In this document: positions 35,935-45,928 of the stretch, in pieces | Layout: every line of letters starts with the position of its first letter | Position numbering within the stretch: the first letter of the stretch is position 1 | DNA from: Alistipes sp. | Lineage (GTDB): Bacteria > Bacteroidota > Bacteroidia > Bacteroidales > Rikenellaceae | Assembly (NCBI GenBank): GCA_045596245.1 | Contig: JAZOBZ010000016.1 | Location: 766 to 64,765 of the forward strand | Direction: 5' to 3' | Length of the DNA stretch: 64,000 nucleotides | Program-made: the position numbers and the translations under genes | Notes under the pieces: model-generated | What the model was told of the DNA's origin: nothing | Databases searched by the model: none | What the model saw: the letters and a program-made list of their open reading frames with translations, nothing else

Positions 35935-36783
35935 CTACATACCTGCAATAATGATATGACCTGTGTGAGCGAACTCCAATAGTGGCATTTTAAGCACCTC
36001 TCCTCGTTCGATAACTTCGGCAGAGCCTTTGGTCTTATCCATAAAACGCCCCTCTTTGTCGATAATTCTCACACGAAAGCCATTTGCATACTCTTGTGCA
36101 GGAACCACAATATATATATGTTTCACCTCGCCTTCCGACAATTCACCGTTTGCAACTACTGCCGATACGGTAGAATATGCCTTACCTCCTTCGGCAGGAG
36201 TAATAGAGGCATCTTCGTAGTTGATGGTGAAATCTCCTGCAACGGGCTCATCGTTATTGCCTTTAAACTCTATTTTCAACAACTTATACGCCCTATCCTC
36301 ATATCCGGGAGCCACCTTTATCTGTAAATGTATAACACCTGCAAGGTGGTGCAAACATGGTGCCTCGCCCTCATCTGCAATATATGTCGCCATTGGAAGG
36401 GTATTTGGAGCAAAGGTATCTATTGCCTCAGGCTGGGTATTCGGAAGTGTAATTGTCGTATTATCTTTGTAGAATGATGCAGGGTATAGGATATTGCAAG
36501 GATACGACAAGTCGGAGCTAAACGAGAATACGGCTTTGCTTCGATTTGTGGCATCTATCGAGGTCTTGGTAGAGGATATCCCATTGGCTGCTATGCAGTC
36601 ACCTTCGGACCAATATACAGCCCTTCTTCCATTTTCCGAAGTTCCAAGCGAAGTTCGACTGTCACTCAAATCTACTGTTAGCTGTTTCTCTGCACCGAAA
36701 GATACCTCTTCTCCCATATTATTGCAGCCAACCATCATTATTGTCGCCGTAACAACTGCTACTATTCTGAATAAATGTTTCAT
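35935..36783 (-). CDS. Fimbrillin-like lipoprotein
   Basis: Lipobox MMVG-C, SRTSL...VYWSEGDCI, and the HIYIVVP...GFRVRI pattern. Confidence 0.6.
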   Translation of the reverse strand: MKHLFRIVAVVTATIMMVGCNNMGEEVSFGAEKQLTVDLSDSRTSLGTSENGRRAVYWSEGDCIAANGISSTKTSIDATNRSKAVFSFSSDLSYPCNILYPASFYKDNTTITLPNTQPEAIDTFAPNTLPMATYIADEGEAPCLHHLAGVIHLQIKVAPGYEDRAYKLLKIEFKGNNDEPVAGDFTINYEDASITPAEGGKAYSTVSAVVANGELSEGEVKHIYIVVPAQEYANGFRVRIIDKEGRFMDKTKGSAEVIERGEVLKMPLLEFAHTGHIIIAGM

Positions 36784-36797
36784 AACCTCTCCCTTTT

Positions 36798-36935
36798 CTA
36801 ATTCCAATTACCTTCATTCTCAAACATCTCATCTACGGAGGAGCTCTCTCCAAAACCCCTCTCAACAAGTATATCCATACTCTCAATTCGAGGTACTATA
36901 TACCTCGTTTCATCATTAAACAAAACCTCTTTCAT
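36798..36935 (-). CDS. Small acidic peptide, 45 aa (not in ORF track)
   Basis: MKEVLFNDETRYIVPRIESMDILVERGFGESSSVDEMFENEGNWN; its stop lies 14 bp upstream of the lipoprotein ATG. Confidence 0.6.
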   Translation of the reverse strand: MKEVLFNDETRYIVPRIESMDILVERGFGESSSVDEMFENEGNWN

Positions 36936-36986
36936 AACTAATCTCTATTGCTGGATTTAACAAATTATCACTCTCTTCTACCCTTA

Positions 36987-37706
36987 TCAACAGCAACCTA
37001 TGATGAATATCGTAGGTCGTTTATTTATATCGGGAAGTCCCTCTTTGCGCCACTCGGCAATGGTAGCGGTGCGGATATACTCATTTTGAGAGGTTATATC
37101 GCAAGCGATGCAGAGGCGTGTCTGCGCTCCGCACGAGGCAACAATCTGCTCTGCCAACTTGGTATTGCGATAGGGTGCCTCGATAAATAATTGCGATTGA
37201 TGCTCGGCAATGGCGCGGCTCTCCAAACGCTTAATTGTACGAGTGCGCTCAGGCTCTTTTACGGGCAGATAGCCGTTGAAGGCGAAGGATTGACCACTCA
37301 ATCCCGATGCCATCACAGCCATAATAATCGAAGAGGGACCAACCAACGGCACTATGCGGATACCTGCGCGATGACACGCCTCGACAATGAGTTGTCCGGG
37401 GTCTGCAACGGCGGGAACGCCTGCCTCGGAGATTACGCCTGCCGAGCGACCAGCCTTGATTTTGGCAACCATACGCTCCACATCGCGTGGCGAGGTGGTG
37501 TGTTCGCTCAACTCGTCAAACTCCAACTCGTCAATCTTGCCCGACAGCCCTGCCTTCGACAAGAAGCGGCGTGCCGAACGGAGATTTTCCACTATAAAGT
37601 AGTCGAGCGAGGTTATAACCTCACGATTGCCTTCGGGGGTTACATCGTAGGGCAATGTATCCTCCGAAATTGGACAAGGTATTAAATATAGTGTGCCTTT
37701 ACTCAT
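36987..37706 (-). CDS. Tetrapyrrole-methylase/RsmI-like SAM-dependent methyltransferase
   Basis: GTLYLIP, SEAGVPAVADPG, VGPSS, FNGYLP and FIEAPYRN. Confidence 0.85.
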   Translation of the reverse strand: MSKGTLYLIPCPISEDTLPYDVTPEGNREVITSLDYFIVENLRSARRFLSKAGLSGKIDELEFDELSEHTTSPRDVERMVAKIKAGRSAGVISEAGVPAVADPGQLIVEACHRAGIRIVPLVGPSSIIMAVMASGLSGQSFAFNGYLPVKEPERTRTIKRLESRAIAEHQSQLFIEAPYRNTKLAEQIVASCGAQTRLCIACDITSQNEYIRTATIAEWRKEGLPDINKRPTIFIIGCC

Positions 37707-40053
37707 TTATGTAAATTCGCTTTACTCGTTTTGCCACCGAGGTAAGAACCTCATAAGGTATTGTGCCAAGTACAACCGCCATATCGGCTGCGGTATTGCC
37801 CTTCTCGGCAGAGAATATCTCGACAATATCGCCCTCCTCAACTCCCTCGATGTCGGTGATATCTATCATACAACTATCCATGCAGATATTACCTACTGTT
37901 TTGGCTCTCTTACCCGCTACAATCATCTCCCACGCACCATTTCCGAGGTGGCGGTTCAAGCCATCGGCATAGCCGACAGGTATGGTGGCGATACGGCTCT
38001 CTTTCTCTATTTTGCCGTTGCGACCATAGCCTACGGTGTCGCCCTCATGGAGGGTACGAATCTGCACTATGCGAGTGCGGAGTGTCGAAACAGGCTCCAA
38101 CGCCTCGCCTGCGGTTGTCGAAAAACCGTATAAGCCGATACCCAAACGGCACATATCGAAACGAGCCTCCTCGAATCGCAACATCGCCTCCGATGCCGCA
38201 GCATGGCGCAGTGGGCGGTACGGCAACGACTCCATAATGGAGGTGCTGATATGGTCGAACTCCGAAATTTGCTCTTTCGAGAAGTTGTCTTGCGCGGTGT
38301 CGTCTGCCACGCAAAGATGGGTGAAAATCGATGCTACACGCACACTCTTAGCGACCTGTGCAAGAGTTTTGCACAGCCCCTGAACATCTTTGTTCATAAA
38401 GCCGAGGCGGTGCATGCCGCTATCAATTTTCAGGTGTATCGGATAGTTTATCTCGCCGGCACGCTCCACCGCCTGTACAAACGATGCGAGCGAACGGAAC
38501 GAGTATATTTCTGGTTCGAGCGAGTGGGCAATCATCGTGTCAAAACTTGCATCATCGGCATTCAGCACCACGATAGGCATCGTAATACCTCCCTCTCGCA
38601 GTGCTACACCCTCATCGGCAAATGCCACCGCAAGATATGCCACGCCCTGCTTTTGTAGCATCTGCGCAACCTCTGTTTCGCCTGCTCCGTAGCCTGAGGC
38701 CTTAACCATCGCCACAAGGCGTGTCGAAGTGCCTATCTGCGAACGGAAATAGTTGATATTGCGAGCCATAGCCTGCAAATTAACCTCCAAAACGGTGGTG
38801 TGGCTATGCTGCTCCAAGCGGTGTGAAATTCGCTCTAAGCGGCTGGCACGATTACCCTTTATCAATACGGCGCAGTTGGCGATATCCAACTTGGCGATAT
38901 TTAATAAAAGCTCTTCGGTAGTGGCAAAGAAAAGAGCATTCTCTCCAAACTCGCCACGAGCCTTCATCAACCCCTCACCAATGCCGATAAAGGTATCTAC
39001 ACCCGCCTCACGCACCATATGCAAAACTTTTGCATAGATGTTTTCATCGCCACTTTGCAAGATGTCCGACAGGATAAGCACCGTTTTGCGCCCACCTGCT
39101 ACCGAACGAAGATGGTCGAGTGCAATGGATAGCGAATTGAGGTCGGCACTGTACGAATCGTCAATAATAATCGAGTTGTCGATACCCTGCTTAACCTCCA
39201 AGCGCATTGCTACGGGTTGCAACTGCGTGAAGTCGGGCATATCGTAGCCCATCTCGGCAAAAAATGCTGCGACAATCTCGGCATTGCGCTGAGATGCCTT
39301 GTCGGTCATCGGTGGCACTTGTGCCGTAGTGGCGGCATCAATAAGGTTGCGATTGTCAAATCGCTTTTCGACAACCTCCGCCAACGGAATATATGCCGAG
39401 TGGTAAATTATATCGGCTGCCGTCTGTGCCAAGAGAACTTTCTCGTCAATCTTCTCCTCCAACGATGAAAATCCCTGCTCGTGGGCATCGCCTATCGAGG
39501 TAAAAATCACCATATCGGGTTGAGCCATCTTGTAGAGTCGCTCCATCTCTCCCTTTTGCGATATTCCTGCCTCGATAATCGCTACATCGTACGAGTTGTC
39601 CAACATCAGGAGCGACAATGCCACTCCCAACTGCGAGTTGTAACTGCGTGGCGAACGGAAAATCTTTGCATCGTGCGGTGCGCACTGCGCAATCCACTCC
39701 TTAACGGTGGTCTTGCCGTTTGAGCCCGTAATACCTACTACTGTGCCTTTGAATTGGTTGCGATGGTGTGCTGCCAGCGCCTGCAATGCCACCAATGAAT
39801 TTTCGACTACAACCGCACCACACCCCTCTGCAAGGTCGATTTCGCGCTCCACCATAAAGCTCTTGACGCCGCGCTCTGCAACCTCTGCGATATGGTTGTG
39901 CGCATCGTGATTTACCCCCTGCATCGCCACAAAAAGGGTGTCGTGCGTCAAGGCGTACGAACGGCTGTCGGTGGCTACTGTTGCCACCTCCAAATCGCAC
40001 CCTACAAGGCGACCACTCACAATGTTTGCTATGTCGGAAAGGCGGTATCTCAT
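37699..40053 (-). CDS. alr: Bifunctional MurF-like ligase / alanine racemase
   Basis: GITGSNGKTTVKE and DDSYSAD, then racemase motifs AMVKASGYG, HLKIDSGMHRLG and GNICMD. Confidence 0.93.
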   Translation of the reverse strand: MRYRLSDIANIVSGRLVGCDLEVATVATDSRSYALTHDTLFVAMQGVNHDAHNHIAEVAERGVKSFMVEREIDLAEGCGAVVVENSLVALQALAAHHRNQFKGTVVGITGSNGKTTVKEWIAQCAPHDAKIFRSPRSYNSQLGVALSLLMLDNSYDVAIIEAGISQKGEMERLYKMAQPDMVIFTSIGDAHEQGFSSLEEKIDEKVLLAQTAADIIYHSAYIPLAEVVEKRFDNRNLIDAATTAQVPPMTDKASQRNAEIVAAFFAEMGYDMPDFTQLQPVAMRLEVKQGIDNSIIIDDSYSADLNSLSIALDHLRSVAGGRKTVLILSDILQSGDENIYAKVLHMVREAGVDTFIGIGEGLMKARGEFGENALFFATTEELLLNIAKLDIANCAVLIKGNRASRLERISHRLEQHSHTTVLEVNLQAMARNINYFRSQIGTSTRLVAMVKASGYGAGETEVAQMLQKQGVAYLAVAFADEGVALREGGITMPIVVLNADDASFDTMIAHSLEPEIYSFRSLASFVQAVERAGEINYPIHLKIDSGMHRLGFMNKDVQGLCKTLAQVAKSVRVASIFTHLCVADDTAQDNFSKEQISEFDHISTSIMESLPYRPLRHAAASEAMLRFEEARFDMCRLGIGLYGFSTTAGEALEPVSTLRTRIVQIRTLHEGDTVGYGRNGKIEKESRIATIPVGYADGLNRHLGNGAWEMIVAGKRAKTVGNICMDSCMIDITDIEGVEEGDIVEIFSAEKGNTAADMAVVLGTIPYEVLTSVAKRVKRIYINE

Positions 40054-40056
40054 AAT

Positions 40057-42552
40057 CTACTCCTTGAAAGTTACTATTGTTATGCCTGAGCCACCTCTGT
40101 CGGGGTGGTCATCTACGGCACTCGCCACCTGTGGTAACGAGCGAAGATAACGGCGCACCTCCTCTTTCAGCGCTCCCGTACCCTTGCCGTGCAGAATGGT
40201 TACGCTGCTAACGCCTACCATAAGCGCATCATCGACCAAGGTCTGTACCCTCTCCAATGCCTCCATTACACGCTCACCACGAATATCTATCGAGGAGGTG
40301 AAGTTGAGTCGGCGTTGCGAAATATCTGCCGATATAACAGTGCGTGGTGTTTCGGGGCGTGTTGCTCGCTTATACTCTGCCGAGGAGATAACCTCCAAAC
40401 GAACCGTTTCGACAGTTGTCAAAATAGCACCAAACGCCACCTGCGCCCTCTTGCCACGAATCTCTTTCACTACGCCCACGCCATTCTGTCCCATAAGGCG
40501 CACCTTTGCTCCAACCTCCAATGGCAGAGCCTTTTTTGTAGGTTGTGCAGCCTCTTGTTTAGGCTCGGCAGGGTTATTTTTGCGCTCCTCACGCCTCTGC
40601 TGACGGCGGCGAAGTCGCTCCATTTCACGCTCTATACGCTCATTTGCCTCGGAGTTATCCGCCTCAATCTCCTCGCGGAACTCCTCGAACTCGCGGCGTA
40701 GCCACTTGGTCTGCTCCTTCTCGGCTTGCGCCTCGCGGATACCCTTAATCGTATTCTCGATTTGTCGATTTGCCTCGGCAACCAACTCTTTGGCTTGTGC
40801 CTTTGCCTCGTGGATAATGCGGTTGCGCTCCTCGCGAATGTTCGACAGTTTCTCGCTCAGCACCTGCTCCATCTCTTCGACCTTGCGGTCAGTCTGGCGT
40901 ATGCGCTCACGCTTCTGCGCCCAATAGTGCTTGTCACGCGCAACTTCGCGCAGTTGCTTTTCGAGGTCTATATGCTCCGAGCCCGCCTTCTCCTTTGCCG
41001 AGGCGATAATATCCTCGGAAAGGCCAATCTTTCGCGCAATCTCAATGGCAAACGAACTACCCGGCTTGCCACACTCCAAACGGAACAGTGGGCGAATGTT
41101 CTGAACATCGAACATCATCGCTCCGTTTGTTACGCCTTCGTGATTTGAGGCGTAGTATTTTATGTTGGAGTAGTGGGTAGTGATAACACCATAACAACCA
41201 CTCGCTACCAACTTTTCGAGTATCGCCTCGGCAATGGCTGCGCCAATCACAGGCTCCGTTCCCGAGCCGAACTCGTCAATCAAAACCATCGTCTTTGCAT
41301 CTGCCCCTGCCACCATCGCCTTCATGTTGAGAAGGTGCGAAGAGTAGGTCGAGAGGTCGTTGTCGATGGATTGTTCATCTCCGATATTTATATATATTTT
41401 GTTGAATACGGGCAACTCGCTCGCCTCCGATGCGGTAATCGGATAGCCGCATTGGAACATATACTGCAACAGACCTATTGTTTTGAGGCAGACCGACTTT
41501 CCGCCCGCATTTGGTCCCGAAATAACAAGTATGCGCCTTGTACTGTCCAACTCCGCATCAAGCGGAACGATTGTACGCTTTTGGCGTTTGAGCGACTGCG
41601 ACAAAAGAGGGTGCTTTGCCGTATGTAGCACAAGTCGGCTATCTTCCGACATAATTGGTCGCCCCGCGCCATTTTCGATAGCCCAACGGGCCTTGGCGCG
41701 TACTGCATCGACCACCGCCATAAACTCCTCGGTGCGCTCTACATCTTTGATATCGGCGCGTACCACATCGGTAAAGGCGGTCAATATGCGTACAATCTCC
41801 CTGCGCTCCTCGTACTCCAATTCACGCAGCATATTGTTCAACTCCACAACCTCGGCAGGCTCGACATAGAAGGTCTTGCCCGTAGCCGATTCATCATGGA
41901 TAAAGCCGTTTAGCTTGCGCTTGTTCGCTGCCGTAACGGGAATTACGGCTCGACCTTCGCGAATCGAAATCGAAGCATCGCTCTCGACTATACCACTCGA
42001 CTTTGCCGACTGCAAAATCGCTTGTAGTCGCTTCGATACCTGCCCCTCGTGGCGGCGAATTTGTGCCCTGATTTGGTGCAACTCCTCCGATGCACCATCA
42101 CGAACAACCCCCTTGTCGTCAATAATACGGCGAATATCCGCAACGATATTCCACAACGCCTTGACAGGTTTTGCAAGTGCGGTAAGAGTGGGGTATTGCT
42201 CGGCATTGCTCTTGTGCAAGAACTGCACAAAGTCACCAGCCGAAATCAACGCCTTGCCCAACTGCACAACCTCCGCAACCTCCAAGAATGTACCCTCGAC
42301 CTTTGCCTTTTCGACAATCTCGGCAATGTCGTAGAACTCGTCAGTCGGTGCCTCACGCTCGGAGAGTAGAATCTGTCGCATCTCCTCCGCGAGGGCGTGT
42401 CGGCGTTCAATCTCTTTGTGAACAGCGGTAAACCCCTCGTTTTCGAGCAGTTCGCGAGCGTGCTGCATCGTACACAATGCAACAACCTGCTCCCGAATGG
42501 TCGTAAAACCAATCTTCGCCTCGAAGTTATTGGGGTAAATTACCGTCTTCAC
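40057..42552 (-). CDS. mutS2: MutS2 family ATPase with Smr domain
   Basis: ISGPNAGGKS, IGDEQSI, DEFGSGTEP, TTHY and Smr motif ILHGKGTGAL. Confidence 0.93.
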   Translation of the reverse strand: MKTVIYPNNFEAKIGFTTIREQVVALCTMQHARELLENEGFTAVHKEIERRHALAEEMRQILLSEREAPTDEFYDIAEIVEKAKVEGTFLEVAEVVQLGKALISAGDFVQFLHKSNAEQYPTLTALAKPVKALWNIVADIRRIIDDKGVVRDGASEELHQIRAQIRRHEGQVSKRLQAILQSAKSSGIVESDASISIREGRAVIPVTAANKRKLNGFIHDESATGKTFYVEPAEVVELNNMLRELEYEERREIVRILTAFTDVVRADIKDVERTEEFMAVVDAVRAKARWAIENGAGRPIMSEDSRLVLHTAKHPLLSQSLKRQKRTIVPLDAELDSTRRILVISGPNAGGKSVCLKTIGLLQYMFQCGYPITASEASELPVFNKIYINIGDEQSIDNDLSTYSSHLLNMKAMVAGADAKTMVLIDEFGSGTEPVIGAAIAEAILEKLVASGCYGVITTHYSNIKYYASNHEGVTNGAMMFDVQNIRPLFRLECGKPGSSFAIEIARKIGLSEDIIASAKEKAGSEHIDLEKQLREVARDKHYWAQKRERIRQTDRKVEEMEQVLSEKLSNIREERNRIIHEAKAQAKELVAEANRQIENTIKGIREAQAEKEQTKWLRREFEEFREEIEADNSEANERIEREMERLRRRQQRREERKNNPAEPKQEAAQPTKKALPLEVGAKVRLMGQNGVGVVKEIRGKRAQVAFGAILTTVETVRLEVISSAEYKRATRPETPRTVISADISQRRLNFTSSIDIRGERVMEALERVQTLVDDALMVGVSSVTILHGKGTGALKEEVRRYLRSLPQVASAVDDHPDRGGSGITIVTFKE

Positions 42553-42587
42553 GAATTAAAAATTAAAAATTGAGAATTAAGAATTAT
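42553..42587 (-). repeat. 5 x 7-bp repeat abutting the mutS2 start codon
   Basis: Coding strand reads ataattc ttaattc tcaattt ttaattt ttaattc, then GTG. Confidence 0.75.
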
Positions 42588-42605
42588 TAATATTCTTTTT
42601 ATTCT

Positions 42606-43562
42606 CTACTTCTTTGCCCTCTTTTTGGCTTTGTCGGCAGCCTTTGCAGCCTTGTCAGCCTGCTTCTCCTCGTAGGTCTTCTTACCGAATACGGTTACAT
42701 TGATGTAACGCTTCGGATTCTCCTTCAAGTCAGCCAACAAAAGCGACAAGTTCTGCGATGCCTGCGCCAACTCCTTGTACAACTTCTCGTCAGATACGAG
42801 GTTGCCGATAGAGCCGTTGCCACTGTTAATCTTCGCCAACAAGGTATTAACCTCTGCAATAGCCTGAGCCAACTTCTCGCCACTCTGCTGCTCGTTCAAG
42901 GCGTGAGTTACCGAGTTGATATCGGTGATGATGCTATCCAACTTCGCACCATTCTGGTTGAGTGTAGCGCAGAAACCATCGATATTGCCGATAATGTTCG
43001 ACTTCTTCAAGTCAGCCATTACTGCGTTAAGACTCGCAATGGTCTTTGTAAGGTTTTTCGAGTTATCGTCAATAAGGCTGTCCACACCCGAAACGGTCTG
43101 GTTGAGATTGTCGAGCAGAGCCGCTACGCGCACCTTAATATCGCCCAACTCATTAGCCAAAGTGTCGAACATATCGAGCGTTACACCCGTCTGGATAGAG
43201 TCGCCATTTTTGAGATATTCGGCAGCCTCGCCGAGTTGGATTTCGATGGATTTACCGCCCATCAAACCTGCGCTGAACATCATCGCCTTCGAATCGGTAG
43301 GAATATCGTACTCCTTGCTAACCGAGAGATTTACATCTACACCACCCTGCTCAATGTTCAACTCTACGCCTGTAACCTGACCAACTTTTACGCCGTTGAT
43401 AACCACTGCTGCTGCGTCCTGCAAGCCATTAACCTGCTCGTAGTGAGCCGTATAGTTGCGGGTGCGTCCAAATACATCAAGACCTCCCAAGAAACGGATT
43501 CCCGCCCAAGCAGCAAGCAGTATTACCACTGCATAAATTCCAATTTTTACCTCTTTTTTCAT
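42606..43562 (-). CDS. MlaD/MCE family protein
   Basis: N-terminal TM, VNGL...VVINGVKVGQV, GLMGGKSIEI and LLADLKENPKRY. Confidence 0.9.
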   Translation of the reverse strand: MKKEVKIGIYAVVILLAAWAGIRFLGGLDVFGRTRNYTAHYEQVNGLQDAAAVVINGVKVGQVTGVELNIEQGGVDVNLSVSKEYDIPTDSKAMMFSAGLMGGKSIEIQLGEAAEYLKNGDSIQTGVTLDMFDTLANELGDIKVRVAALLDNLNQTVSGVDSLIDDNSKNLTKTIASLNAVMADLKKSNIIGNIDGFCATLNQNGAKLDSIITDINSVTHALNEQQSGEKLAQAIAEVNTLLAKINSGNGSIGNLVSDEKLYKELAQASQNLSLLLADLKENPKRYINVTVFGKKTYEEKQADKAAKAADKAKKRAKK

Positions 43563-43573
43563 CTCGATAAATG

Positions 43574-45907
43574 TTAATGCTTCTTATATTTTTCTGTTCT
43601 CCAATCCTTGATAACGCCACTCCAATTCAAACCGTAAGCGTAGTCGTAAACATTGCCGTCTGCATCTTTGTAGCACTTCAAATCGAAAGGTACATCCTCC
43701 TTGTTCTCCTCCACAGTGCGCATATCCTTCGGCATCTGCATAGGGAGCAAACCCGAAGGCTCAACACTACCCTTGATAATATCGATATATGCTTGGTCCT
43801 TGATGCCGAATCCTATCAAAATAGCATCAGCATAAGGCTCTACCTCCGAGAATACCATAGGTCGCTCACCACGAACAACAAGAATTACAGGTCGCTTACC
43901 CATTAACTTCTTTGCACGAATTACGGCCTCCATCTCGTACTTATTGTCCGTAGAGACGGTTTTGCCCTTGTATGAACGATTCGTGAAATTCTCGAATGGG
44001 TCGCCTCCTGCAATACTCTTGGCACGAGCATATTTTGCCGTATAGTCGCTATACTGCAATGAGATAGGAAGATAGCCTGTTCCACCTGCCTCCAAATCGG
44101 TATAGGAGTGTCCGCGCTGCGAACTTGGTGCATGTATGAATACCATTGCACAATCAGCCTCCTCAGGGGTATCAACTATCTCAAAGTGCTTTTTGAGCAT
44201 CTCGATATTAACACCGTAACCCATGCGTTTTGTGCCTACTATCTTGTCCTTCCACCAATCGTGTTTTGGAAGGAACTCTCGATTCTCGATAAACACTTTG
44301 GTCTTGTTCGACAATGGAAGTACAGAGTTGTGGTTTTTGAGCATAACCACCGATTTCTGTTGTGCCTCATATCCCGCCTTTGCAAATTCGGCACAACCCA
44401 CAATCTCCTGACTGCGATGTGGTTCAAGATATGGATTTTCAAACAGACCTACACGGAAGAAGTTGCGCAGAAGTCGCACTGCCGACTCCTCGAAACGCTC
44501 ACGGATAGCCTTCTCACCAAGTCGCTCCACTCCGAGGGCGTAAGCCTTCTTAATGCCGTCAGGAGTATTAACTCCTCCAAATTGGTCAACACCAACTATC
44601 AATGCTCGATAGAAGTACTCCTCAACAGGCAAATGCTCTAAGCCATAAGGCTTACCGTTAGAGAATCGATGATTAACATACTCCTCTGCTACTCGCCAAT
44701 CGGTGCAGATAACACCATCGTATCCATATTTGCCACGCAACAAATCTTTTATTATATACTTACTGTATGCATTTGCCACATTTTCACCCGATGGGTCCTG
44801 ATTGTAGGCAATGGTATAGTATGGCATCACTGCCGAAGCGGCTGCCGTACCATCTTCGAGTTTGAATGCTCCCTCGGTAAATGGAACAAGATGCTCTTCG
44901 AAGTTGTTGCCCGGATAGACAGCGTACTTACCGATTCCGAAGTGGGCATCGCGACCTCCTTCGCCCATTGCTCCACCCGGCCAGTGCTTTGCCATTGCAT
45001 TGACACTCTGATAGCCCCATGCACCCTCGACACGATTCTTATCGTCTGAGGTCTGGAAGCCATCACAATATGCGCGAGCATAGTCTGCCAAGAGTCCCGA
45101 ATGTTCGCCATAGCACATTCTTGCACGGCGCCAACGAGGCTCGGTTGAGAGGTCGATTTGTGGAGATAAAGCAGTTGCAATACCCATTGCGCGATACTCC
45201 AATGAGGCAATTTTACCAAACTGTTTCATAATAGCAGGATCAAATAGCGCCGCCATTCCTCGCTCCATTGGCCAATAGGAGATTGCGCCTCCTCCTGCAT
45301 CGAACTCATCATTACCTGAACTACTTGCAAGGTGTCGAGGGTCCGAAGAGTTGTTGGCTGGGATACCATATCCCGTCTTCTCGCACAACGCCTGTATGTT
45401 ATTGTTCCACTCGGCAGCCGTATATGCATTGTTAATAGCTCTTACAAGGAAGTGTCGTACATTCTCCTCTACATATTTGATTTGCTGGTCGGTCAATGCC
45501 GAAGGGGCAATGCCGCGAGTCTCAGGGAAACTCAAACCGTTGTAATAACCATGCTTTGCAGGATCAACATCGGTATAGTTGCCAGGTATATCCTGATGTG
45601 AAGAGTATAGCATCAAGCCTGCAATCTCATCGAGCGAGAGTTTCGATGCCAAATCCTTGGCACGCTCCTCCGAAGAGAGTCGCCAATCCTCGTACTTGTC
45701 GAGCTTGCCGTTGCGATTGAGGTCTTTGAAGGCAAAACCTTCAACCTCCAAAATCTTGATACCCGAATTTTGATTATAACCAAGTGTGCTACCTCCATCT
45801 TGTGTGATTTCGATAAAAGCACCCTTGTCCACTTTTTGAATTTTGGGTTGTGCTATCGCTACATTCGCCATGAGCAATATGCCCGATAGAGTAACAATCT
45901 TTTTCAT
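43574..45907 (-). CDS. Glycoside hydrolase family 3 (beta-glucosidase-like), secreted
   Basis: Signal peptide, FKDLNRNGKLDKYEDWR, AKHWPGG, GVICTDW and VMLKN. Confidence 0.92.
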   Translation of the reverse strand: MKKIVTLSGILLMANVAIAQPKIQKVDKGAFIEITQDGGSTLGYNQNSGIKILEVEGFAFKDLNRNGKLDKYEDWRLSSEERAKDLASKLSLDEIAGLMLYSSHQDIPGNYTDVDPAKHGYYNGLSFPETRGIAPSALTDQQIKYVEENVRHFLVRAINNAYTAAEWNNNIQALCEKTGYGIPANNSSDPRHLASSSGNDEFDAGGGAISYWPMERGMAALFDPAIMKQFGKIASLEYRAMGIATALSPQIDLSTEPRWRRARMCYGEHSGLLADYARAYCDGFQTSDDKNRVEGAWGYQSVNAMAKHWPGGAMGEGGRDAHFGIGKYAVYPGNNFEEHLVPFTEGAFKLEDGTAAASAVMPYYTIAYNQDPSGENVANAYSKYIIKDLLRGKYGYDGVICTDWRVAEEYVNHRFSNGKPYGLEHLPVEEYFYRALIVGVDQFGGVNTPDGIKKAYALGVERLGEKAIRERFEESAVRLLRNFFRVGLFENPYLEPHRSQEIVGCAEFAKAGYEAQQKSVVMLKNHNSVLPLSNKTKVFIENREFLPKHDWWKDKIVGTKRMGYGVNIEMLKKHFEIVDTPEEADCAMVFIHAPSSQRGHSYTDLEAGGTGYLPISLQYSDYTAKYARAKSIAGGDPFENFTNRSYKGKTVSTDNKYEMEAVIRAKKLMGKRPVILVVRGERPMVFSEVEPYADAILIGFGIKDQAYIDIIKGSVEPSGLLPMQMPKDMRTVEENKEDVPFDLKCYKDADGNVYDYAYGLNWSGVIKDWRTEKYKKH

Positions 45908-45928
45908 ACGCTGTTTTATTTTTTGTAA

